Shown piece by piece: positions 11,230 through 21,500 of a DNA stretch of 64,000 nucleotides. Position 1 is the stretch's first letter. Each line of letters starts with the position of its first letter. The position numbers and the translations under genes are program-made. Source of the stretch: Myxococcota bacterium (GTDB taxonomy: Bacteria; Myxococcota_A; UBA9042; PHBI01; JAWLBL01); contig JAWLBL010000001.1 in NCBI GenBank assembly GCA_041687695.1, forward strand, positions 113,710 through 177,709, given 5' to 3'. A model generated the notes under the pieces. The model was given only the letters and a program-made list of their open reading frames with translations, did no database searches and was not told the origin of the DNA.

Positions 11230-11759
11230 TGGACTCATGTGACGAGTGGCGGCAGCTCCACGTGGAGCAGGCTACGCCGGGGTCATGCATCGCAGCCTGC
11301 ACCGCCATGGTCGCAAACTTCCGGGGCGCAGGTGTCTCCGAGGCTACGCTCAGGACCGAGTGGGGCTCCGAGCCGTATTTTGCCTTTCAGGCGGCCGATC
11401 ATCTCAACATGCTCGACAGGTGTCTGGATCCGCTCGAACCCGCGACTCATCCATTCCTGGCCCGGCTGGTCACGCGTCACCCTCGCATCGTGACGATGAA
11501 CGGTGGCCCCTGGACCCTCTTCCAGCGCACGAGGTTCGGCGCGCCGCTCCATGGAGACATGAAGAACGGTCGGCCGGCGACGGAGATCCGCCACGAACCC
11601 TTGATGTGGCACGCGGTCTTGATGGTAGAGGCAAGCGAGCGGGACTACCTGGTCCTGGACCCGTACTTTCCCGCGACCGGTCAGCCTTGGCGCGTAAGCC
11701 GGAGTGAATGGGTGGATTGCTGGACCGGGGTCGTCCTCCTCTTCGAGGACGAGTTCTAA
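11229..11759 (+). CDS. Papain-fold / C39-like cysteine peptidase
   Basis: Q-x5-C (QATPGSCIAAC), WHAVLMV, YLVLDPY give a putative Cys-His-Asp triad; TGATG overlap with upstream gene. Confidence 0.7.
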   Translation: MDSCDEWRQLHVEQATPGSCIAACTAMVANFRGAGVSEATLRTEWGSEPYFAFQAADHLNMLDRCLDPLEPATHPFLARLVTRHPRIVTMNGGPWTLFQRTRFGAPLHGDMKNGRPATEIRHEPLMWHAVLMVEASERDYLVLDPYFPATGQPWRVSRSEWVDCWTGVVLLFEDEF

Positions 11760-11764
11760 GCCCG

Positions 11765-14700
11765 TCACGCCGCGGCGGTGGTCCTGTAGCGGCCCTGGGG
11801 GTCGGTCAGCAGGAGGCGGCGCTCGGCGAGGCGGTCGAGGATGGCCTGGATGCGCTTGCGTTGGCCGAAGTGGAAGGCCGAGGCGACGCCTTCGAGGTCG
11901 AGGGGGACCGGCGAGGCTTGCAGGACCTGCAGGACCGAGCCGAGCTGGTCGAGCGGGTCCTTGGGCCAGGGCAGGCGGGCGGCGGCGGTCTCGGCGGTGG
12001 GCTTGGAGGCGGCGGTCGCCTGGGCCTGGACGGGGGCGGCGGCGGCGTCCTTCAGCGAGCGGATGAGGCCGGCGGCCTCTTCGGCGGCGCGCTCGCGGTT
12101 GAGGGCCACCAAGCGCTCGAGCAGGTCGTCGTCGCTCAGATCCGCCGGCCAGCCGTAGGCGTCGAGCACCGCCGCGTCGAGGGCGTCGTGCAGACGGGCC
12201 AGCTCGTCGGTGCCGACCTTGAGGTGCAGGGCCTGCTCGGCCTTGCTGAAGGGCTGCTGGGCCCGGTGCTTGGCCAAGAGGTTGTACATCTTGGTCAGGT
12301 GCACGTCGGGGTGCTGCTCGAGCACCCGCTTGCGGTAGCCGTCCAGCGCCTCGCCCAGCTCGGCGATGCGGGCGCGCTGTTCTGGGGTGGGGTCGGGGAA
12401 GGGGTAGGTGTCGAAGCAGCGGGTGTTGTCGTAGGTGGGTCGGTCTTCCAGGGTTCCGCCTGTCGCGAGACTCCAGACCACGTGAGGGTGCGACGACAGC
12501 ACACCGAGTGCGAAGCTGTCGGACAGGGTCACCGCAACGAGCTTGCAATCGGGGCAGATCGCGATGTCCAAGAAGACGAAGACGCGGTGCTTGGCGGTAC
12601 GAGCAGTAGCGATGAAGCGCGATCGGCCCTGCAAGGCGGCGCGTAGCTTCGAGTTGGAACGCCCGAATAGCCACCAGTCGCGCTTACGCTGGGCATCACG
12701 GTTCTGGTCCCGCTCCGGCTTCACGTGGTCGTACAGCCACTGGTAGGCCGGCGGGTAGCGGTCGCGCAGCTGCTCGGCGGTCAGGCCGAAGGCGTCGATG
12801 ACGTAGTTCTCGAGCCGGCCCTGCATCAGCTCGCGGGCGTTCAGGTGCGGGCGGATGATGGGCGGCAGGTCGTTCAGGTCGTAGCCCAGGGCGGTGACCT
12901 GCGCGGGGGTCAGGCGGAAGCCCTTGCCGACCAGGTTCATGCCCTGGAAGGACAGGTTCGCGTTGGCCTTCAGCGGCACCGCCGAGGCGACGTCGGCGCC
13001 GGCGGTCAGATCCGCGTGGATGCGGGTGACCGGGCGATAGGCGACGGCGACCGCCTTGGGGTCGGCCTCGTCGGTGACCCGGCCCAGGCGGGCCAGGCGA
13101 CGGACGCCCTCGGCGGCGCGTTCGGCGACGGTCATGCTGATGCGGACGGCGGCGCCCTCGTCGACCCAGGGGTGGTCGGCGATGGCCATCAGCAGATCCA
13201 GGCGCGGGTCGGCGTCCAGGTGCTGGGCGATGACCTGGCGGTTGAAGGTCTGGCCCAGGCTGTTGGTGGTGATCAGGCCGAAGCGGCGGGCGCGTCCCTC
13301 GCGGACGGCTTGCGCCGCGCGGTGCCACCAGTAGACGACGAAGTCGATGACGTTCGGCACGTCAGGGTAGGCGGCGCGGACCGCCTCGACGTAGGGGTCG
13401 CCCAGCGCCTCGCGCATCACCTTGTTGCCGATGAAGGGCGGGTTGCCGACGATGAACTCGGCCTCGGGCCAGGCGGCGCGGGTCACACCCTGGTAGTCGA
13501 AGACCGGGACCTGGGCCGAGGTGTCGGGGACCTCCTTGCCGGTGACGTGGTGGACCTTGTTGGTGCGGCCGTCCCAGCGGGTCAGGGGCTGGCCGTCAGG
13601 ACCGACGCGGGGGACCTTGGCCTGGTAGTCGATGAGGGCGTCGCGGTGCTGGATGGAGCGCTCTTCGCTGAGCACGGGGTCGGGGACGGCGGCGCGGCCG
13701 CGGTGGCGGATCTCCCACTGCAGGTGGCCCATCCACAGGACCAGCTGGGCTATCTCGGCCGCCCACTCGTTGATCTCCAAGCCCAAGAAGTGGCTGGGGA
13801 CCACCGACTCGCCCTCGATGGCCAGGCCCTGCTGGCCGCCGCCCAGGGTGCGCAGGGCTTCGAGCACCTCGTGTTCGAGGGCTTTGACCATGGCGTAGGC
13901 GACGACCAGGAAGTTGCCGGTGCCGCAGGCGGGGTCCAGGACGCGCACCCGGGCGACGCGCTCGCGGAAGGTGCCGAGGAGCTTGCGGGCCTCGCCCAGG
14001 CGCTGCGGGGTCGGGGCGGCGGCGCTGTCGTCGTCGGCGGCCAGCAGCTCGTCGACGCGGGCCTGGACGGCGTCCCACTCGGCGCGCAGGGGCTCGTCGA
14101 TGGTGGCGCGGACCAGGCGCTCGACGTAGGCGCGGGGGGTGTAATGGGCGCCCAGACGGTGGCGCTCGCGCGGGTCGAGGGCGCGCTCCAGCAGGGTGCC
14201 GAAGATGGAGGGTTCGACGAAGGACCAGTCGAGGGCGGCGACTCCGGCCAGGTCGTGGACCTCGTCGGCCTGGAGCGGCAGGGCCGTGGCGTCCTTGAAC
14301 AGGGCGCCGTTGAAGCGCCGGATGAGCTCGAAGTCGAAGGGCTGGCCGCGGTCCATCGCCTGGAACAGGGCCGAGAGCATGGGGGCCAGCAGGTCGGAGC
14401 GCTGCAGGCCCTTGGCCAGCAGGCGGCTGAAGGCGCCCGGGGGGAGCAGCTCGACGTCCTCGGCGAACATGCAGAAGATGCAGCGCATCAGGAAGCGCGC
14501 GACCTCGTGGGGGTCGTGGCGGCGGCCCAGGCGCGCGGCGAGCTCGGCGAGGCGCTCGGCGGCCTCGAAGGTGACGGCCTCCTGGACGTGGGTGCGGTCG
14601 AGGGTGTGGGGCGCCTCGAAGCAGGCCAGCAGGACGCGGGCGTTGTCTTCGTCGGCGATGCGATCGAGCGGGATCACGATGCGCAGCGGGCTGAAGAACT

Positions 14701-15199
14701 CGCCGTACCACTCGCCCTTCTTGGGCCAGATCCACAAGGCATGGCCGACGTCGGCCACGATGAGCAGGGGCGGCCGGCCCTCGGACAACAGGCCGGCGTA
14801 GAAGCGGGCCTGCCCTTCATAGGCGCCCTGGATGTAGCTGGCGTAGGCCGGGGTGCCGCGGACGGGGGCCGAGCCCGGGTCCTTGTTCGACGAGCGCCCG
14901 CACTTGGCCTCGAGGACGAAGTGGCCCTTCTTGTAGAGATCGATGCGTCCGTGCTCGCCGGTCCCGGGGACGACGACCTTCTTCTCGAAGCAGTAGTCCT
15001 CGGCCGGCAGGGTCCCGTCGTACGGCTTGGCGGTGCCCAGGGCCTCGCAGAGCTGCTCGAGGAAGCCCTGCGCGAGCTGTTGCTCGTTGCCGGTGATGGC
15101 CTTCCAGCGCTGGGCGAACTCGTGCAAGCGCTCGAGGATCTCGGGCGCAACCGGTTTCGCGTTCGGATCGAAGAGGGCGGTGACGCTGTGATCGCTCAT
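11765..15199 (-). CDS. MmeI-like type IIL/IIG fused restriction endonuclease-methyltransferase
   Basis: IDLYKKGHFVLEAK nuclease motif, GAHYTPR, LDPACGTGNF, IVGNPPF (N6-MTase), C-terminal TRD ending LDAAVLDAYGW. Confidence 0.92.
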   Translation of the reverse strand: MSDHSVTALFDPNAKPVAPEILERLHEFAQRWKAITGNEQQLAQGFLEQLCEALGTAKPYDGTLPAEDYCFEKKVVVPGTGEHGRIDLYKKGHFVLEAKCGRSSNKDPGSAPVRGTPAYASYIQGAYEGQARFYAGLLSEGRPPLLIVADVGHALWIWPKKGEWYGEFFSPLRIVIPLDRIADEDNARVLLACFEAPHTLDRTHVQEAVTFEAAERLAELAARLGRRHDPHEVARFLMRCIFCMFAEDVELLPPGAFSRLLAKGLQRSDLLAPMLSALFQAMDRGQPFDFELIRRFNGALFKDATALPLQADEVHDLAGVAALDWSFVEPSIFGTLLERALDPRERHRLGAHYTPRAYVERLVRATIDEPLRAEWDAVQARVDELLAADDDSAAAPTPQRLGEARKLLGTFRERVARVRVLDPACGTGNFLVVAYAMVKALEHEVLEALRTLGGGQQGLAIEGESVVPSHFLGLEINEWAAEIAQLVLWMGHLQWEIRHRGRAAVPDPVLSEERSIQHRDALIDYQAKVPRVGPDGQPLTRWDGRTNKVHHVTGKEVPDTSAQVPVFDYQGVTRAAWPEAEFIVGNPPFIGNKVMREALGDPYVEAVRAAYPDVPNVIDFVVYWWHRAAQAVREGRARRFGLITTNSLGQTFNRQVIAQHLDADPRLDLLMAIADHPWVDEGAAVRISMTVAERAAEGVRRLARLGRVTDEADPKAVAVAYRPVTRIHADLTAGADVASAVPLKANANLSFQGMNLVGKGFRLTPAQVTALGYDLNDLPPIIRPHLNARELMQGRLENYVIDAFGLTAEQLRDRYPPAYQWLYDHVKPERDQNRDAQRKRDWWLFGRSNSKLRAALQGRSRFIATARTAKHRVFVFLDIAICPDCKLVAVTLSDSFALGVLSSHPHVVWSLATGGTLEDRPTYDNTRCFDTYPFPDPTPEQRARIAELGEALDGYRKRVLEQHPDVHLTKMYNLLAKHRAQQPFSKAEQALHLKVGTDELARLHDALDAAVLDAYGWPADLSDDDLLERLVALNRERAAEEAAGLIRSLKDAAAAPVQAQATAASKPTAETAAARLPWPKDPLDQLGSVLQVLQASPVPLDLEGVASAFHFGQRKRIQAILDRLAERRLLLTDPQGRYRTTAAA

Positions 15200-15334
15200 G
15201 GGCCGGGAAGGTAGCAGCGCGCCAGCGCGAGCGGCAAGGACCTCGGGTAACCGATTCGCGAGCCGTGCGGTGTTGCACCACAGGAAGCGATCGGTAGGCT
15301 CGGGCCCGGTCGCTCCAGCTTCATCGAGGTGTTC

Positions 15335-15988
15335 ATGCCCTGGTTCGAGGTAAAGGCCCGCGTCGCGCTGAGGTGCGAAGTCACCGTTCACCAATCCATC
15401 GAGGCGGCGACGCCCGAGGAGGCCCAGCGCATCGCCGGTGAACGCGCGCCCGCGTTGGCCAAGTGGCCCGAGCACCCGGCGAGCCATTCACCGAGCGCGA
15501 GCCTGGTGTCGGTCGCCCGCGCCGCGACCTCGGATTTCGTCGCCTACCCACCAGACGCTGCCTTGATGGAGACGGGTCATTGGCGTCCGACCGAGCCGCC
15601 CGGGATGACCGACGGCAGCATCGTGCTTTTCACGAAGCTGGCCAGGAACGCGTCGGTGGAGGAGCTGGCCCGGGGCCATGCGACGCCGGTCCAGCTCAAT
15701 GCGCTCGCGAAGCCGGTGCGCGCCTACGAGGACGGGGTCCTGCCGGTCCGCCGGCATCGCGGCTGCTTCGCGCAATGGGTTCTGGACCTGTGCAGCCAGC
15801 TCGGGTGCTTCCTGCTCGAGGGCGAAGCCGAGCCCACCCGCCCGGCGTTGCTGATCGACGCCTCGTCGCGCGCGTGCGTCGGGATCGTGATGCCGCTGAA
15901 GGACGGCGAGTCGAACGCCCCGCCCGTTCCCGACGCGTGGGTGAAGGCCACAAGCCCGAACCTGGCCGAGTTGCTGCGGGTCACCTGA
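15335..15988 (+). CDS. Hypothetical protein
   Basis: GAGG RBS before ATG; divergent from the RM gene; no recognisable motif. Confidence 0.5.
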   Translation: MPWFEVKARVALRCEVTVHQSIEAATPEEAQRIAGERAPALAKWPEHPASHSPSASLVSVARAATSDFVAYPPDAALMETGHWRPTEPPGMTDGSIVLFTKLARNASVEELARGHATPVQLNALAKPVRAYEDGVLPVRRHRGCFAQWVLDLCSQLGCFLLEGEAEPTRPALLIDASSRACVGIVMPLKDGESNAPPVPDAWVKATSPNLAELLRVT

Positions 15989-16037
15989 GGTCCGATTCCG
16001 GCGAGCGGTTGGTGTCGGCAAGCCCGCGGGCCTATCC

Positions 16038-16304
16038 TCAGGGCACGAAGGCGCTTGGTCCCAGTTCCAGGTGACGGCGCAGGTCTTGGACGTCCGATCC
16101 GTGACTCGCGCTAGCTGACTTGGGTCTCGGATAGCCGAGGGCGGCCAGCTGCTGCTCGACCTCTTGGAGCAGCCGCCGCGCGGCCGTCGTTCGTCGGCGG
16201 AGGAGTTCGTCCCTGACCTTCGACAGACCTCCCGTACCCCACCAATGCTCGTGGGCGAAGGTTCGAATCTGTTCGGCGTTCGCGGATGCGAGGTTCAGCG
16301 CCAT
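16038..16304 (-). CDS. Small hypothetical protein
   Basis: 88-aa ORF with GAGG RBS directly after the upstream ORF; lower GC. Confidence 0.4.
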   Translation of the reverse strand: MALNLASANAEQIRTFAHEHWWGTGGLSKVRDELLRRRTTAARRLLQEVEQQLAALGYPRPKSASASHGSDVQDLRRHLELGPSAFVP

Positions 16305-16313
16305 CTCTGAACC

Positions 16314-16685
16314 TCACATCTCGCCGTGGACCTCGCCCCACCCGAAAGCGAGGCGATGACGCGTACACGCCTCGTGCAGAGCCTTCTTGACCTCTCGAAC
16401 CTTGCGTTCGTCGAGGTAACCGCGAAAGACCCACTCCATGCGGTGGACCGAGTCGACGTCCCACTCGCTATTGATGCGTTCATCCTGGTCGTCCCAGTGT
16501 TCGACGCTGCGAAGCCAGCAGGTCGATACCCGTTCACACAAGTACTTCATGAACCTGAGGGCGTCATCGCCTGGAGGCGAATCGACGAAGACTGTGGCGA
16601 CGGTCAGCGACCGGGCCGTCTCGACCCAATCGGGACAGTCATCGCTATCGATGTGCATGCTCCCCTCCATCGCGTTTTCATCCAT
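16314..16685 (-). CDS. Hypothetical protein
   Basis: Lower-GC ORF with globular-looking composition; start uncertain. Confidence 0.45.
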   Translation of the reverse strand: MDENAMEGSMHIDSDDCPDWVETARSLTVATVFVDSPPGDDALRFMKYLCERVSTCWLRSVEHWDDQDERINSEWDVDSVHRMEWVFRGYLDERKVREVKKALHEACTRHRLAFGWGEVHGEM

Positions 16686-16949
16686 GCGATCGTGTGAAAC
16701 GGCGTGTCGACCGAGAACCATAGTTCAGGTGTCGTTCGTTGGGCAAGTGAGCACTGAACGCATGTATTTGAATCACCGCGCTCCGTCGTGGGCGACAGGG
16801 CGCGGCGCCGAAGGACAGGGCGCAGCTGGAACGGCATCGTGGCGGTCAGGCGCAGGGGTGCGGGATTGGCCGGGTTGGCCGGGAGATGGCTGGAAGGGGC
16901 GTCTGGCGACGCGGCGCTCGACGCCCCACCCTCGGGCCTGGACGTCGGG

Positions 16950-17504
16950 TCAGTCGTCGTCCCGCTCGCGGGCCCGGGGGCGCTCGCGGTCGTCGTCACT
17001 CTGGCGGCCGCCCAGCGGGACCTTCACGCGCGGCGCTGCGTCGGTGCCGACGTAGGCCGCCGCGGCGCCGTGGTGATAGACCAGCTCGCCGCCCTCGTGC
17101 CCGGTGCGCAGGCCCAGGCCGGCCACGGCGATGGCGCCGACCGTCGTCGCGGCCAGCAGGCCGCGCGAGAGCTTCTCGCGTCGGGCCAGGGCGAAGGCCG
17201 CTGCGGACAGGGCGAGGACGCCGACCGCGGCCCAGGTGAAGACCTCGGCCGCCTCCTCGTGCTCCTCGATGGCGTCGTGGGCGACGACCTCTTCGACGCG
17301 CTCCTCCTCGGCCTCGCCCGTCTGCAGGCCCGCGAAGGCGCTGGCGACGAGCAGGACCTGCAGGGCCAGCAGCAGGCCGAGGGGGCGGCGGATCACGCCC
17401 TGGCGGGCGAAGAAGACCAACAGGAAGAGCGCGACCAGCGGCACGACGAGCGCGAGGCCGAGCGGGAGGTGAACCAGGCCGGGATGAAGGGGTAGTTCGC
17501 CCAT
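16950..17504 (-). CDS. DUF2231-like membrane protein (His-containing)
   Basis: LHPGLVHLPLGL, IEEHEEAA, TGHEGGELVYHHG; AGGAG RBS. Confidence 0.75.
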   Translation of the reverse strand: MGELPLHPGLVHLPLGLALVVPLVALFLLVFFARQGVIRRPLGLLLALQVLLVASAFAGLQTGEAEEERVEEVVAHDAIEEHEEAAEVFTWAAVGVLALSAAAFALARREKLSRGLLAATTVGAIAVAGLGLRTGHEGGELVYHHGAAAAYVGTDAAPRVKVPLGGRQSDDDRERPRARERDDD

Positions 17505-17699
17505 GGGAGTGCTCCTTGGTGGGGTGGATGACCAGGGGTCCGTGTCGAGCATGGAGGCCCCCTCGGCGCGCTGGCCATCCGTCGCGTGACGCGAGAGGCG
17601 CTCGGACCCGCCGCGTCTGGGGCTCGTCCGTCATCCGTCGTATGTCCGAGAGACCATAAAGACCTGGCGCCGCCGGTGCAGGCCGGCCATCCTGATCCC

Positions 17700-18254
17700 A
17701 TGGCTTCGTCCCGCCCCGGTCTGGCGCTCGCGCTGTTCGCCATCGTGCTGAGCCTGATGGCGGTCGACATCGTGGCCGACCTGCAGGGCGGGGACGACCG
17801 AGGTTCCCACGTCGCGCTCGAGGGCCTGGTGATGGCGGTGGCGCTGCTCGGCGCGGTCATCCACTACCGCCTGTGGCGCCAGGAGCGCGCCAGCGCGCGG
17901 CGCGCGGTCCTGGCGGCGCGCTCGGACGTGGCCTCCTGGCGGGCCGAGGCCGAGCGCTGGCGGGCCGAGGCCCAGGACGTCTTGCGAGGGCTCGGCGCCG
18001 CCGTCGACCGGCAGCTGACCGCCTGGCAGCTCACCGAGGCCGAGCGCGAGGTGGCGCTGCTCGTGCTCAAGGGCCTCAGCCACAAGGAGATCGCCAGCGT
18101 GCGGGGGACGAGCGAGCGGACCGCCCGAGACCAGGCGCGCGCGGTGTATCAGAAGGCCGGGCTCGCCGGCCGCGCCGAGCTGGCCGCGTTCTTCCTGGAG
18201 GATCTGCTGGTCCTCGAGCCCCACGCCTCCAAGGGACCGGGCCTCGGCGGCTAG
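17700..18254 (+). CDS. Membrane-anchored LuxR-family regulator
   Basis: Two N-terminal TM helices; LTEAEREVALLVLKGLSHKEIA..R.TSERT....VYQKAG. Confidence 0.85.
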   Translation: MASSRPGLALALFAIVLSLMAVDIVADLQGGDDRGSHVALEGLVMAVALLGAVIHYRLWRQERASARRAVLAARSDVASWRAEAERWRAEAQDVLRGLGAAVDRQLTAWQLTEAEREVALLVLKGLSHKEIASVRGTSERTARDQARAVYQKAGLAGRAELAAFFLEDLLVLEPHASKGPGLGG

Positions 18255-18496
18255 CTCGGCGGCGCCCTCGTGTTGGATCGCCCTGATCGCGTCTCCGTCC
18301 TCGGTGTCGTAGCCGGTAGTCTGGGCGGACTCGCCGAAGACCAGCGTCACCGGGCCGCAGCGGCCCCACCTCCAACCCTTGCGCGCACCACGTACGCGTC
18401 CCGGCGGCGCCCACCGGCACGATGGCGATGCCGCCGCGTGTCGCCAGCACGAAGCCGCCCTGCTGGACGGGTTTCGGCTCGCCCTCGGCGTCGGCG
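18241..18496 (-). pseudogene. Degenerate, frameshifted copy of the plsC 3' end
   Basis: Aligns by eye to 26950-27204; GGFVLATRGGIAIVPVG and TLVFGESAQTTGYDT fall in different frames. Confidence 0.85.
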
Positions 18497-18527
18497 GCGC
18501 TCATCGGGACGGCCCCTGGACCTGGCC

Positions 18528-21500
18528 TCAGGCGCCCGAGGCCACGGTGACCGGGGCGACGGGGGGCTGGGCGTCCTCGGCGGGCGAGGCGGCCCGCGGG
18601 TCGCGCGCGGCGAGGCGGGCGTACAGGACCGGGACGACCAGCATGTTGAGCAGGGTCGAAGAGACGAGGCCCCCCAGGATGACCACGCCCATCGGGGCCT
18701 GGATCTCGTTGCCGGGCGCGTGGCCGGCCAGCACCAACGGGACCAGCGCCAGGGCCGAGCCCAGGGCGGTCATCAGGATGGGCGACAGGCGCTCGAGCGA
18801 GCCGCGCTCGACGGCCTCGGCGAGGCTGGCGCCCTCGACCGTCCGCAGGTGCTCGAAGTGCGAGACCATCATCAGCCCGTTGCGGGTGGCGATGCCGAAG
18901 AGGGTCACGAAGCCGACCAGCGAGCCGATGCTGAGGACGGCGTCGCCCATCGCCACCGCCGCCACGCCGCCGATGAGCGCGAGCGGCAGGTTGACCATGA
19001 CCATCAGGGCGTTGCGCAGCGAGCCGAAGGCCGCGAAGAGGAGCAGGAGGATGCCGACGACGACCACCGCGCCCAGCACCGACAGGGTGCGGGTGGCCTC
19101 GGACTGGCTCTCGAACTGTCCGCCGTAGTCGAGCCAGTAACCCTCGGGCAGCTCGACCTGGTCCCCGATGCGCTGGCGCAGCTCGGCGACCACCGAGCCC
19201 AGGTCGCGCTCGGCGACGTTGGCCATCACCACGATCTTGCGCTGGTTGTTCTCGCGCGTGACCAGGTTGGGCCCGGCGTCGCGGCGCACCTCGGCCAGCA
19301 GGCTCAAGGGCACGGTGGGGCCGGCGGGGGTGGCGACCAGGGTCGCGCGGACCCGGTCGAGGTCGGCCCGCGCCTCGTCGGCCAGGCGCACGACGACGGG
19401 CCACGAGCGGTCGCCAGCATAGACGCGCGTCGCGGCGAGGCCGGCGTGGGCGACCTCGATCAGCTCGGCCAGGGCGCCGGTGCGCAGGCCGAAGCGGGCC
19501 ACGGCCTGGCGGTCGAAGTCGACCGAGAGCTGCGGGATGTCGACCTGCTGCTCGAGCGAGACGTCGACCGCGCCCGGCACCTGCTGGGCGACCGCCTCGA
19601 TCTGTCGCCCGAGCGCCCGCAGGACGAAGAGATCGTCGCCGAAGAGCTTGATGGCGATGGCGGCCCGGGTGCCCGAGAGCATGTGATCGATGCGGTGCGA
19701 GATGGGCTGCCCCAGGGTCACGACCGCGCCCGAGACGGTCGCCAGCTCGGCGCGGAGATCGGCCAGGAAGGCCTCGCGCGAGCGGGTCAGCGGGTGTAGG
19801 CGGACGTCGATTTCGGAGGCGTTGACGTCCTGGGCGTGCTCGTCCAGCTCGGCGCGGCCGGTGCGTCGGTCGGTGGCGGCCACCTCGGGGAAGGCCAGCA
19901 GGATCTCCTCGACCCGCCGGCCGATGGCGTCCGACTTGTCGAGCGAGGTGCCGGGGACGGTGACCACGCTGACGGTCAGCGCGCCCTCGTTGAACTCGGG
20001 CAGGAAGGTCGTGCCCAGGCGCGGGCCCAGCCAGGCGGCGAGGCCCACCAGGCCGGCGACCAGGGCGGCGACCGCCCAGCCGTGACGCAGGGCGCCGCGC
20101 AGGACGGGGCGGTAGGCGGCCTTGAGCCCGCGGACCACGGCGCCGTCCTCGTGGCGGCCGGCGGCCGTGCGGGGCAGCAGCCAGGCGCACAGGGCCGGGG
20201 TCAGGGTCAGGGCGACGACCAGCGAGGCGAAGATGGCGACCAGGTAGGCGAGGCCCAGCGGGAAGAGCAGGCGCCCCTCGACGCCCGAGAGGAAGAAGAG
20301 CGGGAGGAAGACCAGCATCACGATGAAGGTGGCGAAGACGATCGAGCTGCGGATCTCGCGGCTGGCCTCGTAGACCACCTCGAGGACGGGAAGGCGCTGC
20401 TCCGGGGCGCGGCGGGCGTTGTCGCGCAGGCGCCGCACGACGTTCTCGACGTCGATGATGGCGTCGTCGACCAGCGAGCCGATGGCGATGGTGAGCCCGC
20501 CCAGGGTCATCGTGTTGAGGCTGGCGTCCATCGCGCGCAGGGTCAGCACGGCGACGATCAGCGACACCGGCAGCGCGGCCAGCGAGATCAGGGTCGCGCG
20601 GGCGTTCAGTAGGAAGACGAAGAGGATGACCGCGACCAGGATGGCGCCGTCGCGCAGGGCGTGCGAGACGTTCGAGACGGCGGTCTCGATGAAGTCGGAC
20701 TGGCGGAAGAGGTCGCGCTCGAGGGTGATGCCCTTGGGCAGGGCCTTGGCGAGGGAGGCCAGCTCGGCGTCGAGCGCCTCGGTCAGGGCCAGGGTGTTGG
20801 CGCCGGGTTGCTTGGTGATGCCGAGCACGACCGCCGGGCGGGCGTTGGCCGAGCCGGTGCCGCGCTCGAGCCCGGGTCCGATGACGACGGTGGCGACCTG
20901 GCCGACGGTGACCGGGACGCCGCCGGTCAGGGCGACGACGACCTGCTCGACGTCCTCGCGCGAGGTCAGGCGGCCGACGGCGCGGATGAGCGACTCCTGG
21001 GCGCCCTCGATGAGGAAGCCGCCGGTCGAGTTGGCGCTCGAGGCCTCGAGGGCGGCCACGACCTGCTCGAGGGTGACGCCGTGGCGCCGCAGGCGGTCGG
21101 GGTCGACCTGGACCTGGAACTGCTTGGCGTCGCCGCCGATGGGGATGACCTGGGCGACCCCGGGGACGGCGAGCAGGCGCCGCCGCACGGTCCAGTCGGC
21201 GGCCTCGCGGACGGCCATGGGGGGCTGGGTCTCGTCGCCGGTCAGGGCGACGAAGAGGATCTCGCCCATGACCGACGAGACGGGCGCCAGGGTGGGCGGC
21301 CCGATGTCCTCGGGGAGCTGCCCGGCGGCGAGCTGCAGGCGCTCGGCGACGACCTGGCGGGCGACGCGCATGTCGACGCCCCAGTCGAACTCGACCCAGA
21401 CGACCGAGAGGCCGATGCCCGAGGCCGAGCGGACGCGGCGGACGTCGGTCGCGCCGTTGACGGCGGTCTCGACCGGGAAGGTGACCAGGGACTCGACCTC

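Noticed and set aside
17631..18350. 239-aa minus-strand ORF as a second plsC
   Set aside because: Only the first ~40 aa match PlsC (the remnant); the rest is antisense to the LuxR gene.
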